Below, one piece after another: positions 13,050-25,030 of a DNA stretch of 64,000 nucleotides. Location: contig NC_086108.1 of NCBI RefSeq assembly GCF_963921235.1, forward strand, positions 51,028,001 to 51,092,000, in the 5' to 3' direction. The translations under genes and the position numbers were made by a program. Each line of letters starts with the position of its first letter. The stretch's first letter is position 1. This DNA is from Mobula hypostoma (lineage: Eukaryota). The notes beneath the pieces are model-generated. The model had not been told where the DNA came from, ran no database searches, and saw only the letters and a list, made by a program, of their open reading frames with translations.

Positions 13050-13690
13050 ACATCAAAAACAGGAAATGCTGGAAATACTCTGCAGATCAAGCAGCATCTG
13101 TGGAACGAGAAACACAGCTAATGTTTTAAGATGAAGCTCCTTCAGCAGATGTTTTTATTTCAGATTTCAGGCATCTTCAGCTTATTAGTTTCCTCTCATC
13201 ATTTGAAGCTTCTTTATACCTTGTCTTCCCTTGTACATCCTTTTTGCTTTCCCACCTCCCTCACCATTATCCAAGAACCTAAACACACTTTGAAGTCAGG
13301 CAAATATTCATTAAAACCGCTTCAACCCCATCTACTACATTTGGTGTTTTTGCTGTAGCCTCTTCAACATTGAGAAGTCCAGTGCAGATGAGGATTGTTT
13401 GTCAGAACACCTACTCTCTGTGTGCAATGGCCATCTTCAGCTTTCAGTTACATGTCACTTTAACTCTATTTTGTCTGTCCTCGGCCTTCTCCACTGCCAG
13501 TATGAGGCTGAATGCAAATTAGAAGAACTTGGTTATCCATGAACTTGGTATGAACACTGAATCTTCCAATTTCAAATAACCCATGTTCCCTTTCCACTCC
13601 CACCGGACAATTTGGGCGCTTTCTTCCTTTGTTCACCTTTCCCAATTCTATCTGCCTATCACCCACACACCATACACATCTGGGTTTGAC
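13050..13690. mobile_element. Old Penelope-like remnants
   Basis: Tail hairpin motif and degraded GIY-YIG coding sequence. Confidence 0.5.
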
Positions 13691-14679
13691 CCTACCCCAG
13701 CATATCCTCGTGTGGAAAAATGCCTGAATTGTACCTGAAGCACTTCATCCTTAAAAGGCAGCCCACAATCTTAGCTCATTCTAAGTGCTGCACTCCCTTC
13801 TCAAAAAATAAATATATTTTTAGTGCAATGTGCCTTGGGTTTGCACTTAAACCCTTTCTAACCCAAAAGGAAGAACATTAATAATTACACAGAGCTAATA
13901 GTAGACAGTGTTCTCATTTTCAAGACACATAAGCCACACATATTACTTGGTTTGTACACTTTACACTTACCTTTAGGAGGACCCTCAAAATTTTTAATGA
14001 ACCAAACTTGTTGTTAAAACTCTGGATTATTGATTGTGTTTTAATAACAAGTAAGCCTTTTTTTCTTTGGAAAAGTCACAGATTAGTCAATTTAAGTGAA
14101 CAAATTACATAATTAAAGGTATATATTTTCTAATGACCCACTCCAGTAAAATACAATAAAAGTTTGTTTTTCAAGTTGTGCATTGTACTGCATCTTTAAC
14201 ATAGAAACATTTGCCAGTGATCTGAGCATACTTCTCACACTGTTAAATATTAATTACAGATGGCTTAGTTTTCCATCAATAACCTTTGCTGGTACCTGGG
14301 CTCCAATCCTGTACAAGTTCATTAATGCTTTACTCCAATGAATTACTATAGGTGGAAAATATTTAGCATTTTTTGGCCAAATTCACAGCTAAGTGAATAG
14401 AGCACTGCAAGACAGTAAAAGTGAGGATGGAATATGTTAGGTTTTGTTAGTGTTAAGTATAGAGTGCAAGTCCTTGCTTTAAGATCTATTTATCTCAAGA
14501 GTGCTTCCCCAGTAATTTTTTATTACATTCAAAATATTTAGTGCCATATTGCTAACATATAATTTGTTAAAAGGTTTACACAAATGCAACTTAATTTTAA
14601 ATTTTGAAATACAAGAATCAACAATACCGTACCAATTTTTACCGATGCACCAGAGATAGCATTTTATCTGACTCAGTAG

Positions 14680-15150
14680 GGCAACTGCTCTGCATGTGAC
14701 CATGGGAAACTACAGAGAGTTGTGGACACAGCTCAGTATTTCACAATAACAGCCTCTATGAACTCTGTCTATACTTCTTGCTGTCTCAGTAAATCAGGCA
14801 GCATGATTAAAGACCCCACCTACCCCAGATAGTCTCTCTTCCAAAAGATACAAAAGCTTGAAAGCATGTACCACCAGGCTCAAGGACAGCTTCCACTTCG
14901 CTGTTATCAGACTATTAAATGGAGTCTAGTACAAGGTGGACTCTTGACCTCACAATCTACCTAGTTATGATCTTGTACTTCATTGTTTACCTGCACTGCA
15001 CTTTCTCTGTAGCTCTAACACTTTATTCTGCATTGTTATTGTTTTACCTCGTTTTACCTCAATGTACAGTGAAATGATTTGATCTGTATGAACAGTATAC
15101 AAGACAAGCTTTTAATTGTATGCCAGTATATGTGACAATAATAAACCAAT
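14680..15150 (+). mobile_element. Rex1/Babar-type LINE 3' end
   Basis: IKDPT.P remnant and gacaataataaacc tail. Confidence 0.65.
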
Positions 15151-15524
15151 TAACACTCAACTTTATTCATCTCAGTAAACTAAGCACATAGCACTCAATC
15201 AAAATCAGATTTAGGTCATATCACTGAAATATGAAGTGAAATTTGTTTTGTGGCAGCAGTACATTGCTGACATTGAGTGCAAATTTGTTGCTGCAATGCC
15301 TCTCAACCAGTCGAGCTATTCACTTCTATACACCTCCTCAACACCATCTGAGATTCTGCCAACAACAGTGCGGTCATTCGCAAATTTATAGGTGGCATTT
15401 GAGCAGTAGCTGGCACAAATGCATCCTTGAAACATGTCTATGATTTTGCAGGAATTAATAGGATAGGTGCCAAAAGGCTGTTTCCTCCAGTTTATATTAA
15501 TAACTCGATGGCAATTTTAAAATA

Positions 15525-17637
15525 GAGTGGCAAGGAAAAGTTTGTGAACACTGCAGTTATCTGGCTTTATTAATACCTCATAAAATGTGGTCTGATCTTC
15601 ATCTACGTCACAATAATAGACAAATGCAATCTGCCTAAACTAATAACACACAAGCAATTGTACTTTTCATGTCTTTATTCACAATCTAGGCTGGAAAAAG
15701 TATTCGAACCCTTGTATTTAACAATTGGTAGAATCTCCTTCGGCAGCAATAACCTCCACCAAACGCTTCCTGTAGCCTTGTAGCTGCACAACAGTGAGGA
15801 GCAGTTTTACACTATTCCTCCATACAGGACTGTTTCAGTTCATCAGTATTTCTGGGATACCTTGCATGAACAGCCCTGTTCACCCCTCCACAGCATCTTG
15901 ATTGGTTAAGGTCTGGATTCTGATTTGGCCATTCCAAAACACAAATTTTCTTCTTTTCAAACCATTCTGTTGTTGTTTTACTCTTGAGTTTTAGTTCATT
16001 GTCTTGTTGCATCATTCAACTTCTATTAAGCTTCAGGTGATGGGCCACTACCCTGACATTATCCTGTAAAATGTCTTGATACAATCTTGAATTTATTGTT
16101 CCCTCAACGAATGCAAACTGTCCAAACCAGCATGCTCCTTCCACCGTGCTTCACAGTTGGGATGAGATTTTGGTGTTGGTGTGCAATGCCCTTTTTCCTC
16201 CAAACATAGTGCTGTGCATTTCCCCCAAAAAGTTTAACTTCTGTCGCATCTGTTCACAGAAAATTGTCTCCAAAGCATTGTGGAACATACAAGTAGTCTT
16301 TTGCAAACTTGAGGCCTGTAGCAATGGTTTTTTTTTTGGAGAGCAGTAGTTTCCTCCATGATCACCATTCTTATTCAGTGTTTTTATTATCGTGGACATG
16401 TGAACAGAGACTTTACCAAGTTCTGGAGATTTCTGCAGGTCTTTTGCTGTTGCCCTTGGGTTCTTTTTTTTACCTCCTTCAACACTGCACATTGTGCTCT
16501 TGGTGTGATCTTTGCAGGATGCCCAGTCCTAGAGAAGAGTAGGAACATTACATCTGGTCAAAATGGTGCATGCGTACAAAGCTCCTTCAGTCGACATCTC
16601 CGAGATAGATCTTGAAATCTTATATTTCACTTTTATGTCTTTTACGTTTTGTTTTTTGTCCGGTATATGACTCTGGAACTGTTGGAGCCTCTGATTTGCT
16701 GTTTGGAGATCATTTAGCTGTTCTAGTGCTCTGCACGCTCAGAGAGGATCCTGAGAGGTGGAGGCAGCGTGCGCAAACTTTAAGGTGGGCAGACTACAAG
16801 ACGATGTTTGACTCCATTCTGCTGAGTAAAGCTTCCATTGTTCGTCAATTAAAGTGACGAGGGAGATTAAAACATCAAGGTGAACGTGGGAGCTTGGAGA
16901 TTGTTTGGGTACTTCAGCGCCCTGCACTCTCCAAGAGGATTCCAGGAGACAGAGACAGCGTGTGCAAACTTCGTGAAGAGAAGGCTGCAGGACGGGATGC
17001 AAGCCATTGTTCAACTCCATTTCGCCGAACAAACCTTCCATTGTTCATTGATTAATGCGACAAGGGAGATTAAAGCAACGAGGCGAGTGCAGAGGGTGAG
17101 TGGTGCCTGCCTGTCTTTTGATGGTTCTGCTATGGAGAAGGAAAAGTCTGCTGCTGGGCCCAGAGAGTGTTCCCCAGATTTACTGCATTTTGGACATGGA
17201 CTTGGACTATAGACTTTTTTTTCAGTCATATAGCTTTTTTATATTCTGTATTTCTCTCCCAATCTTTCTTGGTTTTGTGCAGGGAGGGGGATTTGGGGGT
17301 CGATGTGCCTATTCTATTTTGTTTGTTTTTATGTGCGGGAAGAAGGATTTATGGGTCGATGTGCCTGTTCCATTTTGTTCGTTTTTATGGGCAGGAGGAA
17401 GGATTTGGGGGTCAATGTACCTGTTCCATTTTGTTCATTTTTAGTGCAGGGAGGAGGCGTATGGTGGGGGGGGGGGGGGGGTCAATGATCCTTCTGCTTT
17501 TCTTTTCTTGGTTTCCATGGCTACCCGGAGAACAATTTCAAGTTGTATTTTTTGATAATAAATTAAACTTTTAAGTACTGAATTTCCTCCAATTGTAGAC
17601 AATATCTCTGATAGTGGACTGGTGAACACTTAGGTCT
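15525..17637 (-). mobile_element. Degraded Tc1, interrupted at ~16547-17572
   Basis: Transposase remnants (VLEWPNQNPDLN, NPRATAKDLQK). Same family as the copies at 35890 and 45918. Confidence 0.8.
16547..17572 (+). mobile_element. Non-coding insertion, probably a non-autonomous retroelement, with internal duplications
   Basis: Interrupts the Tc1. Repeated block at ~16830 and ~17035, three ~58-bp tandem units (ggatttgggggtcgatgtgcctgttccattttg), ends in aataaattaaac. Confidence 0.55.
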
Positions 17638-17639
17638 TT

Positions 17640-18277
17640 TATAGAGGCCTCCTTTGAACTCACTAAAGCCTTTAACTTGATTTGTACAGAGAGAGACTGT
17701 GGAATATGTTCCCCAAATTCAGCTACCCACAGAAATTCATCTCCATCTTACGTTTGCTCCAAAACAGCATGCAGATGTGATATAACCATCTTAAACAAGA
17801 ACCAGTCATAGTAAAGATCAGTGTCCAACAATGCCTAATCAGTACCCCAATACCTCTCTCAACCTTTCTCTCTGCAATATTGCATCTCACCATAGAAACT
17901 TCCCGTGGAAGTTCCAAATGAATATGAAACTGTACAACCTATGGCAAAAACACTCCAGAGGCTAAGTCACCAAGACCATGCTCCAAAACGTTTAGAACAT
18001 GTTTACTGAACGATAAAAGAAGATGGGTCTTACAATCAACATTCACTGGATCCAGGTCCTTTATGTGCATACTGTTTGTGACAAGACCTTGGAAAACATG
18101 GACTATTTCCCACAGCTACCTCTCAGAGAAGACAGTTATCAATGATGAAATCCACACCACTTTCAAAGCACCAGCACAGCCATTGGTCATTTGAGAAAAG
18201 TGCATATGAATATCAAGACCTCAGACTTGCTACAAAACTAATTGTTTACTGGGCAGAAGCAATCCTACACTCATATA
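17640..18277 (+). mobile_element. Old RTE-clade LINE fragment
   Basis: Decayed RT sequence (F.LTKAF.L..RE.LW, DYFP.L). Confidence 0.5.
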
Positions 18278-19149
18278 CAGTGGCAGGCAAAAGTCTGGGC
18301 AGCTCTGCTCAAAATTTCTGTTACTGTGAATAGCTAAGCAAGTAAAAGATGAACTGATTTCCAAAAGGCATAAAGTTAAAGATGACACATTTCTGTAATA
18401 TTTTAAGCAAGAAAATTTTTTTTTATTTCCATCTTTTACAGTTTCAAAATAACAAAAAAGGAAAAGGGCCCGAAGCAAAAGTTTGGGCACCCTGCATGGC
18501 AGTACTTAGTAACACCCCCTTTGGCAAGTATCACAGCTTGTAAATGCTTTTTGTAGTCAGCTAAGAGTCTTTCAATTCTTGTTTGCGGGATTTTTGCCCA
18601 TTCTTCCTTGCAAAAGGCTTCTAGTTCAGTGAGATTCTTCAGCCGTCTTGCATGCACTGCTCTTTTGAGGTCTATCCACAGATTCTCGATGATGTTTAGG
18701 TCAGGGGACTGTGAAGGCCATGGCAAAACCTTCAGCTTGTGCCTCTTGAAGTAGTCCATTGTGGACTTTGAGGTGTGTTTAGGATCATTATCCTGTTGTA
18801 GAAGCAATCCTTTTTTCGTCTTCAGCTTTTTAACAGACGGTGTAATGTTTGCTTCCAGAATTTGCTGGTATTTAATTGAATTAATTCTTTCCTCTACCAG
18901 TGAAATGTTCCCCGTGCCACTGGCTGCAACACAAGCCCAAAGCATGATCGATCCACCCCTGTGCTTAACAGTTGGAGAGGGTTTCTTTTCATGAAATTCT
19001 GTATCCTTTTTTCTCCAAACATACCTTTGCTCATTGCGGCCAAAAAGTTCTATTCAAAAGGTTCAAAGGAACATCTAAACAAGCCTGATGCATTTTGGAA
19101 ACAAGTCCTGTGGATTGATGAAATTAAAATAGAACTTTTTGGCTGCAAT
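18278..19149. mobile_element. Second copy of the palindromic Tc1 in the opposite orientation, second arm almost fully lost
   Basis: Same TIR, IR/DR inner repeat at ~18474-18495, ORF 18436-18945, and the same loop junction (ctattcaaaaggttcaaaggaacatc) read on the other strand. Confidence 0.9.
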
Positions 19150-19665
19150 TTCTTTCGTGTCTCCAGCCTAAAAAATATCCAAATATTCATTAATTTACTT
19201 TAGTAAATGAGGATTTATGATGACTCACTTATTTCTCCCCCCCCCCCCAAAGTTTAACTGAATGACCTGTAATTATTCAGTTTGTCCCTTTCTTTTCAAA
19301 CAGGGGTACAGCATTAGCAGTCCTCCAATCCTCTGTCTCTACTTTTGTAACCAGAGAGGACATTAAATATTGGTTGAAGCCTGTATTGTGCTGTAGGTTT
19401 TCTATGTTTCTATGCTCTAGGCAATTTCTAAGGTAAGGACATGTTCAGCACAGCTTTGTGGGCCAAAGGGCCTGTATTGTGCTGTAGGTTTTTTATGTTT
19501 CTAAGCATCCGCAATCCTCTCTCTTGTTTCTTTTAATTGTATGTTAACAATATTTTACATCCAGGCATCCATATTATTCGTTCAAAACCCATTAACACAT
19601 CTCTCTTACTATTTCAATGCACTTTCTCCTTCATTACAGTATCAGAATTTTGCGAAGATCCCCAA

Positions 19666-20415
19666 TGTAGGGTGGAGCTTGAGAGGATAATGGCACCTAA
19701 CAGTGATTCCTTTGCTTGCGTCTTTGGAAACAACTTTATTTCTATCTTTGATATCTCTTTTTTTTCCCCCTTTCAAGGTTCCTTTGAAGACCCTGACCTG
19801 GAGTTGCATGCCGACTTCAGAGCTTTGCAGAAACGGGACCCGCTCTCAGGGCCTCACGACTGGCCACTTTTCAATATACCAAGGATGCAGTCTAGAAGAC
19901 TAGCTCACCTTCAGGATGCCAGATTTTCGTGGCTCTGAAGTCAGGCCGATTCAAGGCCAGTGCTGCTGCCTATTGTGTCATGGGAGTACACAGAAGATCA
20001 AAAGCAGCGACACAACAGACTTTTAACCCCATAAATCAGCGAGTTGTTTTGTTATGTCTCCCTTCTCACTGTGAAACTGGGACACCTCTTTTTCCTTTAT
20101 TAGGGAAAGAGAGAGCCTACCAGGTGAACGAGTAGTCTTTGGGGTACCGGAACTTTGTGTCTTTATTGATGCTTTGCTGCACGCTTGTGTGCTCGGTGGG
20201 GGGTGCCGATACTTTTTTGCTGGTGGGGAGGAGTGGTCATTGCTTTGCTGCTACTTATGCTTGGGAGGGGGAGTTGGGGGGGGCTTTGGGATTCTAACAT
20301 TTAACTGTCATTTATTCTTTGGGGCACTCCTCTGTTGTCGTGTATGTTTGCGAAGTAAAAGAATTTCAGGAAGTATATCGTATACATTTCTCTGACATTA
20401 ATTGTACCTATTGAT
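19666..20415 (+). mobile_element. Non-coding interspersed retroelement-like repeat
   Basis: GC-richer block ending catttctctgacattaattgtacctattga; resembles LINE-dependent non-autonomous elements. Confidence 0.45.
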
Positions 20416-20574
20416 CGATTGATTGGAGCTTTGCTTAGAAAAGGGCAGTATCTCATATACAAATTTGAATCCTTGCTATTGCAAGGTTTGTCAAAGTTTG
20501 AAGTTATTTGATTATAAGACTTGTCCCCATCTTGTGCTTCTATTGTAACTCACACATGTACAGAGCTTGGGAAA

Positions 20575-21915
20575 TTGCTTTATTAATGTCACGTGTACCG
20601 AGGTAGAATGAAAAACTTGCTTTGCATACCATCCATACAGATCAATTTAGTACAAAGATACTGTGAGGTAGCACAAGGTAAAACAATAACAATAAAGCAT
20701 TAACAGTACACAGGAAGTGCAGAGCAGGTAGACAGTATGGTGCAAGGTAGATTGTGAGGTCATGAGTCAATCTTATTGCACAAGGCAATCATTCAATAGT
20801 CTTATAATAACAGGACAGAAGCTGTCCTTGAGGTTATTGCTACATGCTTTCAGGCTCTTGTATCTCCTGCCTGATGGGAGTGGGGAGAAGAGAAAACGTC
20901 CAGGGTGGGTGGGATCTTTGATTATGCTGGCTGCTTTACCAAGGCACTGAGAGTCCATGGAAGGGAGGCTGATGTTCTGATGTGCTGAGCTTTGTCCACA
21001 ATTCTATACAATTTCATAGCTGCCAAACTAAGCTGTGACTCATATCCTGTTAGGATGCTTTCAATGGTGCACCGATAAAAATTCGTGAGGGTCAAAGGAG
21101 ACATAATTTCTTTAGCCTCGAGGAAGCAGAGGTGCTTGTGAGCAGATGGATCAGGTGCTGGTGGTGTAGTTGGATCAGGAAAAGCTATTGACGTTTATTC
21201 CGAGGAATTTGACACTCTACAGCCCACTATGGTGGTATCATCTGCAAACTTGTAGATGAAGTTAGAGTAGAAACTGGCCATGCAATTGTTAGTGTTAAGC
21301 ACTATTGTGATAAAAATGTTGCTGACTTACTGATTGTGGTCTGTTGGCCAGAAGTCAAGGATCAAATTGATAAGGAAAGAGTCAAGTCCTAGGTTAAGGA
21401 GTTTTTGGTGATAATTTGTTCGGAATTATAGTATTGAAGACAGGGCTGTAGTCGATAAAGAATTGTCTAACATAAGGTGTCTTTACTGTCTAGATGCTCC
21501 GAAGATGAGTACAGGGACAAGGAGATGTTGTGCATTTTAGACCTGTTTCAGTGACAAGTCGAATTGCAATGGGTCAAGGATGTTTGAGAGGTTGGTGTTC
21601 AAGGTACCACATGATGGTAGATGTCAGAGCCACTACCCAGTAGTCAACTAGACATGTAACACACACAAAATGCTCGAGAAACTTCAGTAAGTCAGGCAGC
21701 ATCTATGGAAATGAATAAACAGTCGATGTTTGGAGACAAGACCCTTCTTCAGGACTGGAGAAGAAGGGGGAAGACACCAGAATAAAAACACTTTGTTTTT
21801 TCTTAAGTATTGGGATGATAGCGGTCTTCTTAAAGCAAGTGTAAACCTCAGATTGAAGCAGGGAGAGGTTAAAAATGTCTGCAAGTACCCCTGCCAACTA
21901 ATCTACACAGGATCA
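20575..21915 (-). mobile_element. Rex1/Babar-type LINE fragment with a Penelope tail insert (~21658-21788)
   Basis: KAASIIKDPTHPG, TNFYRCTIESIL, LADIFNLSLLQ. Confidence 0.8.
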
Positions 21916-23046
21916 ACTCAATTGTAAACATTCTACTGAGATCAAAACTGCATTTCTCTGCATGCATGACTTGTACACATTTCAAATGGTTTGTTAGATT
22001 GCATATCTTACTTGAAGAAACTCCAGCAAAAAAGTCAAAATTCTAAGAGGGCCAGTCATAGAATTACTGCACATCAATAATCGCACAACTAATTTAATTT
22101 TATTTCAATGCTGGAAGACCATGAACTTATGCTAAAATTTTCTTTCAACTGCATAAGATGTTTTACGTTTAAATTTTCAATGTGCAATTTATTCTTTATT
22201 GTGAGAAAATCTTTCATTACTGCAAATGTTTGGTTCACAATAGTAATTTCTATTCCATTAGCTTTGAACTTCAACTCTGCATCTGATCTAGGTATTGCTT
22301 TCAAATGCTAATCACTCCACTTTGCAATCTTAAACAACTACATAGAGAGCAGGAAAATGTCAACAGTGCTGGAGCCAAATTGTCTTCAGAACTGACTCTG
22401 CAATCAGCTATGCATATGCTCTGCAAACAATTACACAAACCTTTTGGCCCCAAACTGTTTCCTATGACATGTCCTTTCACTGTAATGACTGGAAGTAAAA
22501 TTCTGTCATGATTTGATTCTACCCCCTGGCTAGTTTTTGAAACTATCATTTAAATTCTCCAGTGTTTGTTTATTTCAGTCTTATTCAACAGATTAGCTGA
22601 CCCAAGGTCACTGAGAAGAGTCCTGTTTGATTAACAAGGTAGAACTATGCATTTTTTGTGAAGCCAGAACCACCAGTGCTCCATCTAGCTCCACAACTGT
22701 GCTGTGATCATTCCAAATCTCCAAGTGAGCCAGCTTGGTTTTGGAGCTGCAAAGAATATGCATCAGCTCTGCAAATTGTTAAATATAGTCTAGTGGAAGA
22801 GACACAATTTCAATATACATTCAGGTTGACATCTTCAGCAACGCACTATTGGCCAATATTTATCAGCATGATTTTCAGTGAAAGTTGAATTTTTCTCCCA
22901 TTTCTCTTACTAATGACTAAATAAAGGTAACCATATAATTTAGCAATTAAATACACTTGCAGGATCAAGCATAAAGAAATACTATAATTTAGATTTAATC
23001 TTGCCTCCACCCCACCCAGGCAGAAAGCTGCATTGTTCATCTTTCA

Positions 23047-23254
23047 ACTCACACAAAAAATGCTGGTGAATGCAGCAGGCCAGGCAGCATTTATAGGAAG
23101 AGGTGCAGTCGACGTTTCAGGCCGGGACCCTTCATCAGGACTAACTGAAACGTTGACTGTAACTCTTCCTATAGATGCTGCCTGGTCTGCTGCGCTCACC
23201 AGCATTTTTTGTGTGTGTTGCTTGTATTTCCAGCATCTGCAGATTTCCTCGTGT
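23047..23254. mobile_element. Penelope-derived short hairpin insertion
   Basis: Inverted arms; ~19-bp TSD ctgcattg(t/c)tcatctttca. Confidence 0.8.
23106..23147 (-). ncRNA. Minimal type I hammerhead ribozyme motif
   Basis: Reverse complement: cagttagtcCTGATGAagggtcccggcctGAAAcgTCgactg. Confidence 0.65.
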
Positions 23255-24194
23255 CTGCATTGCTCATCTTTCATTGTAGTTCCAGGTAAACATTCCAGAG
23301 GAACTAATTTGGAATTCATTCATCAAACGCCTGAGCTAAGAAAAAGTTTGTTTCAGATTATATTAAAACTGGTTGTTCTCATTTCATCTTAGTGAAATAA
23401 AATCTTTGCAATATTCATACCACTAATTTGATTCCAATAAATCAATTTTAATAGATTGCGATCTCTGCAAGACAGAACCGACATATTTTCTCGCTTTCTT
23501 TTAACAGACTTAATAAAGGGAAAAAATAGCACTGATATTGCTATCAGGGAAATTAACTCAAAGGGGCGCCCGATTTTTGAAGAACTTATATTAATATAAT
23601 GGCTGAAGCATTTCCAGATTTAAAAATGTCTGATTCCCAAAAGGTGAGAAAAGTCATGGGGCAGTGATATTTGCTACAATGGATGTGCAGGCTTTCAAAG
23701 AGTAGTTTATTCAAAAATTATGACAAAACATTGTTAAATGTAGATCCAGAGTCTTGTTTCAATCCCTTTTTATGCTATTAGCCATGCTTAATCAGTGCAA
23801 ACAGCAATCAAAGCTAAAAGAATGCTGAACTACAGACAAAAAAAAGTGAGTATTTGTCAGAGGCATGATCAAACTTTGCATTAGTTTGCTCTGACTTCAT
23901 CTTGAATTTTGCCACCAGTTCTGGTGACCATGAAAAATGAGAGGCATTCAAGTTTTCGACAATGTCAGAGGAAGTTGAGATGTGAACCATATGATACTGC
24001 AGTTTATTTATTGGCCACTTGATGGCGCTTGCTGTACATGTCATAACACTGCATAATGCATTCAAGAATAAATGTACTGTATGTTTGTATAACACCATGT
24101 GTGTTATGATATTACAAGACTAATGGTCCAGAATTTCCTGGCAGTAACTTTCTCAACACCTGGATCATCTTTCTGTTAGGTTTGTGCATACATT

Positions 24195-25030
24195 TTGGCA
24201 CAAGCAAGCTTTTGGCACATTGATCTTCATAAATCAAAGTACTGAGTACAGGAGATGGGATGTTATGTTGAACGCAAACACGAGGAAATCTGCAGATGCT
24301 AGAAAGCAACACACACAAAAAATGCTGGTGGAATGCAGCAGGCCAGGCAGCATCTATAGGAAGAGGTAGCATTGACATTTTGGGCTGAGACCCTTCATCA
24401 GGACTGTCCTGACGAAGGGTCTCGGCCCGAAATGTCGACGGTACCTCTTCCTATAGATGCTGCCTGGCCTGCTGCGTTCCACCAGCATTTTTTTGTGTGA
24501 TGTTATGTTGAAGTTGTACACGGTGTTGATGAGGCCTAATTTGCAGTATTGTGTGCAGTTTTGGTCACCTACCTACAGGAAAGATATAAACAAGGTTGAA
24601 AGAGTACAGAGCAAATTTACAAGCATGTTGCTGGGTCAGGAGGACCTGGGCTATAACGAAAGATTGAATAGGTTAGGACATTATTTCTTAGAATGGAGAA
24701 GATAGAGAGGAGATTTGATAGAGGTATACCTAATTATGAGGGGTATAGATAGGGCAAATGCAAGCAGGCTTTTTCCACTGAGGTTGGGTGGGATGACAAC
24801 CAAAGGGAGAAAGGTAAGAAGTTTAAGGGGATCATGAGGGGAAATTTCTTCACCCAGAGCATCGAGAGAGTGTGGAATGAGCTGTCGGCACAAATGGTGA
24901 GTGTGAGCTCGATTTCAAGGCGTAAAGAAAGTTTAGATAGGTGCATGGATGGTATGCTATAGAGGGCTATAGTCCTGGTGCAGGTCGATGGGAGTAGGCA
25001 GTTTAAATGGTTTTGACAACGGACGAGACA
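24195..25030 (+). mobile_element. CR1 3' fragment
   Basis: RPNLQYCVQFWSP. Confidence 0.8.
24273..24498. mobile_element. Penelope-derived palindromic insertion inside a CR1 fragment
   Basis: Centre at 24405; 14-bp TSD gatgttatgttgaa at 24259-24272 and 24499-24512. Confidence 0.85.

Noticed and set aside
17280..17445. Regularly spaced repeats superficially like a CRISPR array
   Set aside because: Contiguous ~58-bp tandem units without unique spacers, in vertebrate DNA.
23814..24098. 94-aa minus-strand ORF as an extra exon or nested gene
   Set aside because: No recognisable homology and no convincing splice sites.
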